From a virus: 64,000 nucleotides of DNA. Shown here piece by piece: positions 1-10,148 of the stretch. A model generated the notes under the pieces. It saw only the letters and a program-made list of their open reading frames with translations. It had not been told where the DNA came from and ran no database searches. Made by a program: the position numbers and the translations under genes. The DNA is taken from the IMG/VR virus record IMGVR_UViG_3300020034_000009, positions 7,436 to 71,435 of that record; one strand, 5' to 3'. Each line of letters opens with the position of its first letter. Position 1 is the first letter of the stretch.

Positions 1-3000
1 TCAAGGGCTTGTGCAAGTTTTCCCTCAGCAAACATCTCTCTAGCTATATCCTGTATTTCCTTATTGGTGAGCTTGGCAATAGTTTCTTGCCTCTTAAGAA
101 TTCTATCTTCAAGTTCTTTTATGAAATCCTCATTAGTAGCATACCCCTCCAATAACTCATCAAGATAATCAGCATTTTCCTCAATCTGCTCATCTGTTAA
201 GAAATCAGAATCATAAGCCATGACTAAGGCCAAATTCTTACCTGTATTAGCAATTTTCTTTTTGTTAAAAGCAATAGCTTCTTCAATGGCCTTATCATAG
301 AATTCTCTGTAATATTGCAGTGTGGATTCATCAGTTCCTTGATACTCAATTAAATGTAAATTCCCAGTCTTCTTAACATGGATATTCTTTAAATATGTAT
401 TTAATTTATCCACGTCAAAATCCGAACCAGCTTTGGTAGTAATCTCTTCAGGAACTATAATAGTAGAGCCATACTCTTCAGGCAAGAATCCCTTAATAAT
501 AAAGGCTTCCATAGAGTTAATCTCCTGAGTAGGAATACGGAATCCAACACCCCTCAGCATCTCTGGAGTCATTTTAGCAATAATCTCCTCATCTGTCATT
601 CCAGTTCTTCTAAGTTTCTTACCTACCCAGTTAGGAAGCATTACTTCCATCCTACCTACAGCAGTTAATTTACCAGCACTATCATAAACAGGCTCATAGA
701 ACTTCAATCCTCTAGATACTACAGCAGTCTTCTTAACACCTTTTTCAGTATAATAAGTAACTTCTCTGGCTCCAGCCTTTTCCCACATAGCACCACTAAC
801 TTGTACCTTAGCTCCACCATTAACTTTAGGTTTGGAGATATACTTATCTACATAACTATAAAGAATACTCTTAATTTGTCCATAGTTTGGAAGTGCCTCT
901 AGAGCAATAGCAAATTCTCCTGCTTCATTAAGCTTAAGAGCATTTCTTAAGTTGTCAGGCATCTCTCTTCTAAACATCTCATCTCTAAGAAGTGTAAACA
1001 CCTTGGTCTTATCTGGCATACTAAAGCTAGTACCGTCATCAATAAGTCCAAATTTATCAAGAAGTTTCTGGTATCCTATGTTAGTAATCTTGTCAAGGAG
1101 TTGCTTGTTATAGGCTATTTCCTTACCAATTTTAGATTCCTGTCCTTCTACATGGTCAATAGGAATACCATCATCCATGAGATTCATAGTTACTTCCTTA
1201 GTAATCTGAGTACCTCTTGGTCCTTTATCCTTATTAGTATTAGTTTCCACTTGAATACCGTAGTATCTGAATGGCACTTCTATAATACCATCAAAGAAAT
1301 CATCATTAGGCTTAGCCTTACCAGTCTCATCAAATACACTATCCTTATCAGTAGTACCTACCTTTTGACCTGAAGCTACAATAGAATAGGAAATACCGTT
1401 ATCTACCATTCTAAGATAATGATTAGTCAAGTTAGTAGCCTGTCCATTCACTTTAGTACCTGTATACCAAAGGGGTACAAGAGAAGTTTTGTGTAGGAAT
1501 GGTAAATTTTCTCCATCGAATCCAGAACCAATAGGCTTAAGTACAGGGAAGAATGCCACTCTAGGATTTCCTTTGGCTACTCTAGCCTTATCAACTTCTT
1601 GAAGCTCTTTTCTATAGGTAGAATTAGTTAATACACCATCCTTAAGCATCTCCTGCCTATCTCTAGCCATCATGTACTGAAACTGAGTTTCATGGGCATT
1701 AGTCCATCTATCACCACTTCTCTTCCAGATTTCTCTATAACCTGTCATAGTACCCCAACTCTGACCATCAGCTGAATTTGAAGATTGATAAGCCTCTCTA
1801 ATATTTTCTGGCATTTTAGAGAAATCAGAACTGGTAGATGTAATAATATCATCTACAGTAGCTACAGCCATAACGTCATGGAATTGCCAATAACCATAAT
1901 CTTTAGCCGTAAGCTTAATATCCCCTACTTTATTGGCCTCCTCATTAGTTATATTATTCCACTCAGGACTTCCATATAGAGAAGCTTCCCTTGGAGACAA
2001 GAAGGATTTAAATCTCTTAGTAGGGTCTTTATAAGCAGCGGGATCACCAAAGAATATCTTATGTATTTCAGTATTATTAATTACATAGTTAATTGTAGTA
2101 AAGAGTAAAGCCTCTCTAAGAGCGTCATCACTAACAGTAGTACCAAAATTATCAAGAACAAAGTCACTATTTAAGTGGGTAATATTCTTACCATTATTCA
2201 ACAGAAATTTAAGCTGGTCATCTACTTGCTGTTCAATGTATTTTTTAATACCCTCAGAAATATCTGCACTCTTATAATTATTGGATGCGGCAGCAAGAAG
2301 TCTAGGTTTACCATCCGCTTTAAACAATGCCTTCTCTACTTGGTAATATTCGTTAAAAATTCTACCTACAGTCTTCCACATTACAGATTTGTTCTCCAGA
2401 GCAGAGAAATCTATTTTGTTATCCATACCTAACATCCACTCTGTTTTAGAGTCAGCAGGAACCAGAACATAGTAGTTACCTACTAAGTTTTGATTAATTT
2501 CCTGAATAAGCCTATCAGAAGGAGAAAGCTTCTCTGTAGGAATATTAGGTTTATAGGTTTTACTCTGATCAATAGTACCCTGAATATACTTCACTTTAAA
2601 TGAAGTTCTCTTGTCTGGATCATTTATATCCTTAAGGTATTGACTACCAGCAGAATACCCGTGATATTTTAAATGGGGAACTCTTCTATACAAATCATCC
2701 AAATCTGTGGCATTATTAAAATCATTAACAATATTGGATACAAAATTTACCAATACATGTTTCTGTACCTTTTCTCCTTCAATGTTAATAAATGTAGATT
2801 CCCATTCTTCTCCCTTAGCTCTAAGGAAGGCTTCAGCAATTTGTGTAAGAGAACCAGATATGTCAAGAGTCTTAGCAGAACTAGCTATAAGCTTATCTTT
2901 CTTACCAAGAGCAGATTTAAGTCCAGCTACAGCTTTATTAAAGTCACTCCTCTGTTTAGTACTAAGCAAATTGTACATTGCCTCTGTAAAGGCAATACCC

Positions 3001-6000
3001 ATATCATTGAGCATCTTCACTTTATCAGATAATTTAGATATATTATACTTATCTAAAGCATCCTTCTTAACTAAGTATTCCTTATTAGTGATACCAATAG
3101 TAATAAGACTGCCAGTTTTTCCAGCAGTAGCCTTAAAGGACTCTACCCACTTTCTCACTTGGCTCTGAGCAGCATTAGACAAATCAGCATCTCCTACAAA
3201 CACCTCTCCCATTTCATTAACATAGTTAATAATGGGTGAAGGCTGTTGTTTTGAGAATACATTAAAAAATCTAACTCTAAGTCTCCAATCATCCACAGAA
3301 ATATTATCCTTATCAAACTTCAGGTAGCTGTATAACTTACGGAGTGTAGGATATTTAACCATCAAATCACGAAGAATTTCTTTCTTCTCATCCATGGTAT
3401 TACCTGTACTAACAGCAGTCATTACTTGGTTAAACACCTTGGTATACTGAGTTTGCTTTTCCAGAGAAGTAGCCTTATCCCTATCCAGTGTGTATTCTCC
3501 ATTAATAGAGCCTACAGCTTCAGTTAAGTTGGCAAAAAGGAACTTAATAGATGCTGGAGCATTCTTCTTAATATCATATGCAAAATGGTCTCTTTCATAT
3601 TCAGCACTACTCTTACCATCTGCCTTTTCTTCAGTAACGCCAATATTTTCAGTATCATCTATTTCATCTGTATCCAGCTCATTCATTTTGGCTATAATAC
3701 CATAAGTCCTAAGAGACTCTAAGGCATTCTCCTTAACTGAATCCCAGTTATTCTTAACATTTTCCCATACTGTAAGGTATTTTGCAAATTCCTCTGGAGA
3801 GATGTTGGGATTACGGAGAGGAAGTTGGACTTCATACCAATCTTGCATCTCATCATACACCATTGAGAACAGCTTACTAAAACCAACACCACCCTTTTCA
3901 TCAAGTTCTACTAAGTGAGCAGAGCTACCATCCTTATTAATTTGACGTAAAAGGCTGACAGTTACATGTTTAGTAACAGTTTGTGCAATAGCAGACCTCC
4001 AATTAGGATCAATTCTATACTGTGGATCACCAATATTCTCATGGTTAATAGGAACAGCAGTCTTGTAATATCCACCATTGATCCTTCTAAACATGGCTTG
4101 CATAGGACTTCCTGTTTGAAATAATCCCTTAATGAAGTTAAGCAAGTCAGTAAACATTCTCTGAAGGAACCCCTTCTGAGGTTTCTCTGCCTTAATAACA
4201 AAGTCTCTGAATTCCTCAGCTATTTGTTCCTTAGCTTGTTGATCTGTAGAATTAGAGAAGGAAAGTGTAGCTCCAGTTTCTCTGTCCTTATAACTACCTT
4301 TTCTGGCCCTGAATTCTCCAAGGATATTATTCTTTTCCTTTAGGTCAGTAAACATAGACCATACAGCCTCAAATGCTTCATGATATGTAGTACCAGTTTC
4401 AGCATTCTCCCATATATAAACAGCAGCATTCTGGAACTTACCAAAAGCTAATCCAGCACCACCAGCATTAATAATATTCTTCACCCTCTTGAAAGGAATA
4501 GAGAAGTTCTTTTCAAACCATGATTGTTCCTGATCTAGGTTGGCTTGAATATAATCTCCGGGCTCTATAAAAAGTCTATAATCAGCATCCTTTTTAGCTA
4601 CAGCTCCAGAGGCTTTTGCTTTAGCAATAAGTTCCTGAGCCTTAGTAAGTGTAGCAGCCTCTTGAACAGGGGCAGTTACTACAGGTGTAGAAGGAGCTGG
4701 TGTAGATTCTTGTGCTGAAGGAGCTTGTTCTTGTTCAGACTTAATAATAGTAGCAGCAATATAATCTCTGAGAAAAGCTTCAACAGCTTCGTCATCTGCT
4801 AGTCCCTGCTCCATATATGCTCCCACATTAGGATTAGCTAATAGACTGGCCTTAACAGCAGGACTTACTTCAGTACCAATAATATATCCCTGTGGTCCAA
4901 GTACAGCAGTAAATGGAACATCACCACCCTTAGTAGGAAGAATGTTCTGTGTAATACCATCAGTAATATACTTAGTAGTAGCCTTCTTCTGTGTAGGAGT
5001 TTGAGTAGGTTCTTTCTTAACTGCTTCTTTCTTAGGAGCAGGAGGTGTTGATTCCTTTTTAGGCTCAAGCTTCTCTGGTTTAGGATAGAATTCTCCCACC
5101 AATGTAGCATATTTCTGCTCAAAGTTACTATCCAGAGGATCAACAGCAGTATTAATAGTTCTAATAGATGTAGAGAGAGGAGCTTTTTCCCTTGCCTTTC
5201 CTTTTAATGGACTATCATCATCTTCTATTAAGTCATAAGTAGGAGACAACAAAAAATGCTGATAAGACTTCCATGTAATCATTACAGGTTCGCCATCCTT
5301 TACATCAATGATTTCATTGTAGGGCTTGTTATCCTTGAGTTTAGTATTATTAACATTATTGAATGAGCCCTTAAGCCATGCTACTACTTCAGGCTTAGCT
5401 CTGTCAAATCCACCTTCATAGAATGGAAAGGAGAAGTTTTTACCCAAATGCATTCTACCCTCTTGAATCCATATCTGATTTCTGCCTGCTTTGGCTGGAG
5501 ATTCAGGTTGGCTGAAATAGAATACACCCTGTAAGAATCTGGTAAATCTCTTGTCAAGTGTTCCCTGTTTACCACTAGATACAAGTCCTCTAAGAGCTTT
5601 GTATAATGTATCTACCTCTTTGTCAGTAAATTGCCTATTATTGGCAAATTCTAATGTATCACCATTCTGTATTACTACACTACCGGGAGGAAATGTAACA
5701 CTGGTATCTTGATGATCAATTACACCAGTAGTAACTACCCTAACCAATCCCTGTTTGAATAAGTCAGATTGTTTGATTAATGCACCTACAATATTATTTT
5801 CTTCATAGACATTCTTCTTATCTACTTCCTTAATATTCTTCTTAGCAATACCTCTAGAGATATTAAATTCAAAGGCTTGGAATGTTCCATCTGTCCATGC
5901 AAGAATTTCAGCTCTCTTCTGTTTCCAAGCAGCCTGATGAGCAATAGCATCTTCAGGAGTTCCCTTACCATACCTAAGCTCTGTTGGCTTAGAGGGAATC

Positions 6001-9000
6001 ATAAGAGAATCGGTAGGCATGGTGCTATAAGCAGCCTTATCAAGGATTGCCTGTGGATCAGTTTCAGTAATAGGATTACCCTCAGAGTCTATCCAAATAG
6101 GTTTACCATCTACTCCAGCTCTAGCATAAACAGTAGCAATAGTATTATCATCTCCACCCATTCTAGTTATAAGACCGGGGAGACCCATGGAAGCTTCAGT
6201 CTTTCTAGTTACAAGAACTACTCTAAGTTCTTCGGGATTCTTGAACCATTTAGCATTATTAAGCAGAAACTGCTCTCTAATATGATGAGGCTTATGATCC
6301 TTATCAGGAGAAGTATTGGAACGGAATAGTATTTCTATATCCTTAGCAGGAGGTCTAATATCTCTTACACCAGTTTCAGCAGCTGGATCACCAGACTCTG
6401 GTTCTAGTTCCTTTTGAGATTGAAAGAGTTTATCATGTATGGCCTTGTTAGCTTCAAATTCTGCCTGAGCCTTTTTGTCAGCTCTAGACTGTATAATAAC
6501 TAATTCAAACTTATCATATACAGCACTCTTAGCTTTATACTCTACTTCCATATCCTTTAAAGACTTTTGTGCAGTATCCAAGTCAGCTCTGAGCTGAGCA
6601 AGTTTAGCCTCACTAGGTCTTATATCCTTATCTTCGGCCTCAGTTATAAAGTTCTCAAGAGTTTTTAACTCTTCCAAGAAATTAGGATTAAGCTTTAGGA
6701 AATTAGGATTAGCCCTGAAGAATGTAACCAATTCTGGAGACATGCTATCAGTAGGAGCTTTAGGATATGTAGCTGTAAATCCACCAATAAGGCTATGAAT
6801 GAAATCTATAGAGCTATCAATAGCCTTTTCCAAATCGCCAATAAGCTTAGTAGCCTTGTTAATAGAATCACCTGTCTTAACAATTAAGTCTAATACATCT
6901 TCAGCCTGTTCCTTAATTTCTTCAAGGAATTCAGTACTATCTGTAGGTAGATTATCAATATCAGCAGCTACATCATCAAAGTAGGCTAAGTTCATTTCAA
7001 GCTGATCTCTCTCAGATTCAAGAGAAGTATTCTCTGTTACCCACTCATCTCTCATTCTAGAGAGTTTCATAGCAGTTCTTACAGCCTGTCTTGTAGTAGG
7101 TTTAAACTTCTGCTTTTCTTCATCTATTTCTCCCTTAGTAATCTTATCAGAAAGCTTAGCTAACTGGCCCTCAGACTCAAGGAGAGACTTATTATTCTCA
7201 TCAATACGTTTATTAACAGTATCTATTCTAGCTCTATGGTCAGTAACAAGCTGCCCTATAAGAGCAAGTCTAGCTTCTCTCTTCTTATTCACTCTATCAT
7301 CATCCTTGGCAGCAGCCATTTCTTCAAGAGCTGTTTGCTGTACAGGTGTTAGTGTACCAATTTTCTGAATAAGAGGCACGGAGAATCCTTTCTTTGGAAG
7401 AAACTGATCCCCAGTTACTTCAATCCTTTTAAGCTTTCCTTTCTTGTCTACATAGACAAATTCCATCTTATTCTTGGCAGCATTAAACTGAAGTCTTCCT
7501 CTTTGTTTACCGCCCTTTTTACCAAAATTGAATGTAAATATATCATTGATATGCTCAAGATAGAACTTAGCTTTCTTGTTTCTAGCTACATCACTAACTT
7601 TACCAAGCTTGTAACCTTTAAATTCATCAGCTGGAACATCTCTGATTTTACCATCAGCCTGTTTAATCTTAATACTTCCATCTGAATTAGTTCCAAGAAT
7701 AGTAAGTCTAGGGAAACGATATACTTCCTTACCATTCTTATCATACTTAACCACACGGCCTAAATAGTATTCCTCACCAACTTGTACATTTTCTTCTCCA
7801 TCAGCTGTAGTAATAGTAGCCGTAGTAGGAGGAACAATCCCATTTTCTGGAGGAACAGCACCAGCAGCTGTAGTTTCTTCAGGTTCTCTGAAGGATACAG
7901 GATTATTTTTAAGTTCTCCAAACTCGTCAAGGAAATATTTTCTCCTCATACCCATTTCAACAAAATCATTCAAATCCTGTTCAAGGGCTTCCTTAGTAGC
8001 ATCAATCAATGGAAGTTTACCAATAGCTTCTCTTAAATCCTTATAGGCTTCCCCTGTATAGTCCTGAACATCAAATGAATTAAGAGCAAGAGTATTAATA
8101 CCAGAGTTAGTCAAATAAGACATTACAGCAGGAATTCTTTGGTTATAATCTTCTACCTTAGAGGCAGCATATACCATCTTGTCAATAATATTATCAGAAT
8201 AAACTCTTGACTTATCTGCATTGACTAATCCTTTGTAACGCAAATTAAAAGACTCATAGAAAGTCTTCATATTATCTGCATGTTTCTCAAAATTATCCAG
8301 CCTAGCAAGGAATGATCCTTTAGTATCAGTTTCAGCAGCTTTGCCCTCAGCCTGTAATTGAGCAAACCCCTTATCAGTACTAGCAAGAGTTTTCATTGTC
8401 TGAATATCATCCTTAACCAAGTCATATCTACCATACTTAATCCTAGGATTCAAGTAGTTATGAGCATAATCTCTCTCCAAATCCTTGGCCTCAACAATAT
8501 CTCCCTGTCTAATAGCAGCTTCTTGCTGCTCTTGAAGGGTAATACCTCTATTAACACCATCCAAAGTCTCCTGCATAAAGCCAGAGAAGGATTTACCAAT
8601 AGTATTATCATTAAGAGCTTGGATAGCCTGAGCTGTATTACTCTTAAGGGCCTTGTTCTTATTAAATGTTCCCTTAACTTGAGAAATGGCTCCAGAGACA
8701 CCACCAATAATAAGGGATTCCCACCCCTCCTTAGTATTAAAAGCCTTGCTATAACCAGCACCAACTAAGTCACTCATGAAATCAGTATCTGATCCCCTGT
8801 ATTTTTTATCATAATAGTTCTGAGTACCAAACTGAATAGCAGTCTGACTCACTTCTTCTATAGCTTCAGAAGGAGCAAAGGAATATTCTAGTGCTGTTTT
8901 AGCACCCTTGTAAAGTTTGGGGAATTTGATTTCTCTAATAAGACCACTCTCTGTATCCTTAACTAGTTGATTAGTAGTTACAGCAAAGTCATTAGCAATA

Positions 9001-10139
9001 GACTTAGAAGCCTTATAGCTAGTTCCAAGTATCTTTGGAAATTGAATATAATTGGTTACGGTGAGTAGTGCAGTATTAAGAAGGAAGGATGCCTTGCCTA
9101 CATCAGCAGCTTTAGCATCAATAAGTCTCATTTCCTCACCTGTTGGAAGTCTACCAACTCTATCCCTAAAGGTTTGAATAGAAGCTTCTCTTGCTGTATT
9201 AGCATTAGTAAGAGATTCAAATGAAGCTTCACCTACAGTAGACAGTCCAGCACTAAGAACTCTTTGTCCTGTACTGAGAATATTATATTTCTGAATAGCA
9301 TTAGCAGATATATCAGTAAGTGCTCCCTGTAATTGTGTAATTTTTTCAAGACTATTACCACTAGCAGCAAGAGCTTTCTCAGCAGCCGCAGCAGCTTCAA
9401 AGGATTTACCAATGGATGTTACCTTCGATAAAGAGCCTAAAGCACTAAGAGCCTTGCTATAAACTCCTCCAGAGAGATATGCTCCAGCAGCAAATCCTAA
9501 GTTTTTAACAACTTTATCAAACAGAAAATTAACTGTCATCCAGTTATCAGGACTATACCACTTAGCATCAGTCTCAGCCTGAGAGTAGTAGTTTGGTAAA
9601 TAGTTCTTATCTAATACATCATTGAAGCCAGTTAAAGCTCTATTAAATCCATTATCATAGAATCCACTCATCTTTCCTGTAGCAATAGCTTTTCCTACAC
9701 CGGCTACTAATCCTACAGTACCCTGTAAAAAGGTTGTTCCAGTAAGTACTAATCCTTTCAATACAGCGTTACTAGCTTTAGCTAAACCACTTTGTCCAGC
9801 AGCAGCTGCATCCTCATTATTAACACCAAGAGAGAAGAACTTAAATCTTCCACTTGTATCAATTTCAGTAACAGGAACATTAACAGAGGAGTTAATATCA
9901 AAAGCTCCCTTAGGAGTTTTACCTACTACAGCAGCCACACTAGCAAAGGGGTCATTAGATGTATTAGCAGATGCTTTTCCACCACCACTACCTACTGCTC
10001 CAGTATCTAATATCTTAGCTTCTAAAGTCTGATTAGGATCAGGAAATGTCGAAGCATCTAAATCAGGAATTGGTATCTGTTTTAGGAATGTATTAAAATC
10101 TGGTCTCTGTAAATTTATATCTGCTACCGGAGCTGCCAT
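1..10139 (-). CDS. Giant virion-packaged DNA-dependent RNA polymerase (crAss-like, phi14:2 gp66 type); 3' end beyond window
   Basis: ATG at 10139 (MAAPVADINLQRP). The frame is open wherever I translated it and no stop-bounded ORF is listed in it, so it appears to run off the edge (>3379 aa). In-frame GVGFRIPTQEINSM (~510-550) and TKAGSDFDVDKL (~402-437) are double-psi-barrel RNAP catalytic motifs. Confidence 0.92.
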   Translation of the reverse strand, partial: MAAPVADINLQRPDFNTFLKQIPIPDLDASTFPDPNQTLEAKILDTGAVGSGGGKASANTSNDPFASVAAVVGKTPKGAFDINSSVNVPVTEIDTSGRFKFFSLGVNNEDAAAAGQSGLAKASNAVLKGLVLTGTTFLQGTVGLVAGVGKAIATGKMSGFYDNGFNRALTGFNDVLDKNYLPNYYSQAETDAKWYSPDNWMTVNFLFDKVVKNLGFAAGAYLSGGVYSKALSALGSLSKVTSIGKSFEAAAAAEKALAASGNSLEKITQLQGALTDISANAIQKYNILSTGQRVLSAGLSTVGEASFESLTNANTAREASIQTFRDRVGRLPTGEEMRLIDAKAADVGKASFLLNTALLTVTNYIQFPKILGTSYKASKSIANDFAVTTNQLVKDTESGLIREIKFPKLYKGAKTALEYSFAPSEAIEEVSQTAIQFGTQNYYDKKYRGSDTDFMSDLVGAGYSKAFNTKEGWESLIIGGVSGAISQVKGTFNKNKALKSNTAQAIQALNDNTIGKSFSGFMQETLDGVNRGITLQEQQEAAIRQGDIVEAKDLERDYAHNYLNPRIKYGRYDLVKDDIQTMKTLASTDKGFAQLQAEGKAAETDTKGSFLARLDNFEKHADNMKTFYESFNLRYKGLVNADKSRVYSDNIIDKMVYAASKVEDYNQRIPAVMSYLTNSGINTLALNSFDVQDYTGEAYKDLREAIGKLPLIDATKEALEQDLNDFVEMGMRRKYFLDEFGELKNNPVSFREPEETTAAGAVPPENGIVPPTTATITTADGEENVQVGEEYYLGRVVKYDKNGKEVYRFPRLTILGTNSDGSIKIKQADGKIRDVPADEFKGYKLGKVSDVARNKKAKFYLEHINDIFTFNFGKKGGKQRGRLQFNAAKNKMEFVYVDKKGKLKRIEVTGDQFLPKKGFSVPLIQKIGTLTPVQQTALEEMAAAKDDDRVNKKREARLALIGQLVTDHRARIDTVNKRIDENNKSLLESEGQLAKLSDKITKGEIDEEKQKFKPTTRQAVRTAMKLSRMRDEWVTENTSLESERDQLEMNLAYFDDVAADIDNLPTDSTEFLEEIKEQAEDVLDLIVKTGDSINKATKLIGDLEKAIDSSIDFIHSLIGGFTATYPKAPTDSMSPELVTFFRANPNFLKLNPNFLEELKTLENFITEAEDKDIRPSEAKLAQLRADLDTAQKSLKDMEVEYKAKSAVYDKFELVIIQSRADKKAQAEFEANKAIHDKLFQSQKELEPESGDPAAETGVRDIRPPAKDIEILFRSNTSPDKDHKPHHIREQFLLNNAKWFKNPEELRVVLVTRKTEASMGLPGLITRMGGDDNTIATVYARAGVDGKPIWIDSEGNPITETDPQAILDKAAYSTMPTDSLMIPSKPTELRYGKGTPEDAIAHQAAWKQKRAEILAWTDGTFQAFEFNISRGIAKKNIKEVDKKNVYEENNIVGALIKQSDLFKQGLVRVVTTGVIDHQDTSVTFPPGSVVIQNGDTLEFANNRQFTDKEVDTLYKALRGLVSSGKQGTLDKRFTRFLQGVFYFSQPESPAKAGRNQIWIQEGRMHLGKNFSFPFYEGGFDRAKPEVVAWLKGSFNNVNNTKLKDNKPYNEIIDVKDGEPVMITWKSYQHFLLSPTYDLIEDDDSPLKGKAREKAPLSTSIRTINTAVDPLDSNFEQKYATLVGEFYPKPEKLEPKKESTPPAPKKEAVKKEPTQTPTQKKATTKYITDGITQNILPTKGGDVPFTAVLGPQGYIIGTEVSPAVKASLLANPNVGAYMEQGLADDEAVEAFLRDYIAATIIKSEQEQAPSAQESTPAPSTPVVTAPVQEAATLTKAQELIAKAKASGAVAKKDADYRLFIEPGDYIQANLDQEQSWFEKNFSIPFKRVKNIINAGGAGLAFGKFQNAAVYIWENAETGTTYHEAFEAVWSMFTDLKEKNNILGEFRARKGSYKDRETGATLSFSNSTDQQAKEQIAEEFRDFVIKAEKPQKGFLQRMFTDLLNFIKGLFQTGSPMQAMFRRINGGYYKTAVPINHENIGDPQYRIDPNWRSAIAQTVTKHVTVSLLRQINKDGSSAHLVELDEKGGVGFSKLFSMVYDEMQDWYEVQLPLRNPNISPEEFAKYLTVWENVKNNWDSVKENALESLRTYGIIAKMNELDTDEIDDTENIGVTEEKADGKSSAEYERDHFAYDIKKNAPASIKFLFANLTEAVGSINGEYTLDRDKATSLEKQTQYTKVFNQVMTAVSTGNTMDEKKEILRDLMVKYPTLRKLYSYLKFDKDNISVDDWRLRVRFFNVFSKQQPSPIINYVNEMGEVFVGDADLSNAAQSQVRKWVESFKATAGKTGSLITIGITNKEYLVKKDALDKYNISKLSDKVKMLNDMGIAFTEAMYNLLSTKQRSDFNKAVAGLKSALGKKDKLIASSAKTLDISGSLTQIAEAFLRAKGEEWESTFINIEGEKVQKHVLVNFVSNIVNDFNNATDLDDLYRRVPHLKYHGYSAGSQYLKDINDPDKRTSFKVKYIQGTIDQSKTYKPNIPTEKLSPSDRLIQEINQNLVGNYYVLVPADSKTEWMLGMDNKIDFSALENKSVMWKTVGRIFNEYYQVEKALFKADGKPRLLAAASNNYKSADISEGIKKYIEQQVDDQLKFLLNNGKNITHLNSDFVLDNFGTTVSDDALREALLFTTINYVINNTEIHKIFFGDPAAYKDPTKRFKSFLSPREASLYGSPEWNNITNEEANKVGDIKLTAKDYGYWQFHDVMAVATVDDIITSTSSDFSKMPENIREAYQSSNSADGQSWGTMTGYREIWKRSGDRWTNAHETQFQYMMARDRQEMLKDGVLTNSTYRKELQEVDKARVAKGNPRVAFFPVLKPIGSGFDGENLPFLHKTSLVPLWYTGTKVNGQATNLTNHYLRMVDNGISYSIVASGQKVGTTDKDSVFDETGKAKPNDDFFDGIIEVPFRYYGIQVETNTNKDKGPRGTQITKEVTMNLMDDGIPIDHVEGQESKIGKEIAYNKQLLDKITNIGYQKLLDKFGLIDDGTSFSMPDKTKVFTLLRDEMFRREMPDNLRNALKLNEAGEFAIALEALPNYGQIKSILYSYVDKYISKPKVNGGAKVQVSGAMWEKAGAREVTYYTEKGVKKTAVVSRGLKFYEPVYDSAGKLTAVGRMEVMLPNWVGKKLRRTGMTDEEIIAKMTPEMLRGVGFRIPTQEINSMEAFIIKGFLPEEYGSTIIVPEEITTKAGSDFDVDKLNTYLKNIHVKKTGNLHLIEYQGTDESTLQYYREFYDKAIEEAIAFNKKKIANTGKNLALVMAYDSDFLTDEQIEENADYLDELLEGYATNEDFIKELEDRILKRQETIAKLTNKEIQDIAREMFAEGKLAQAL

Positions 10140-10148
10140 TATAATATT

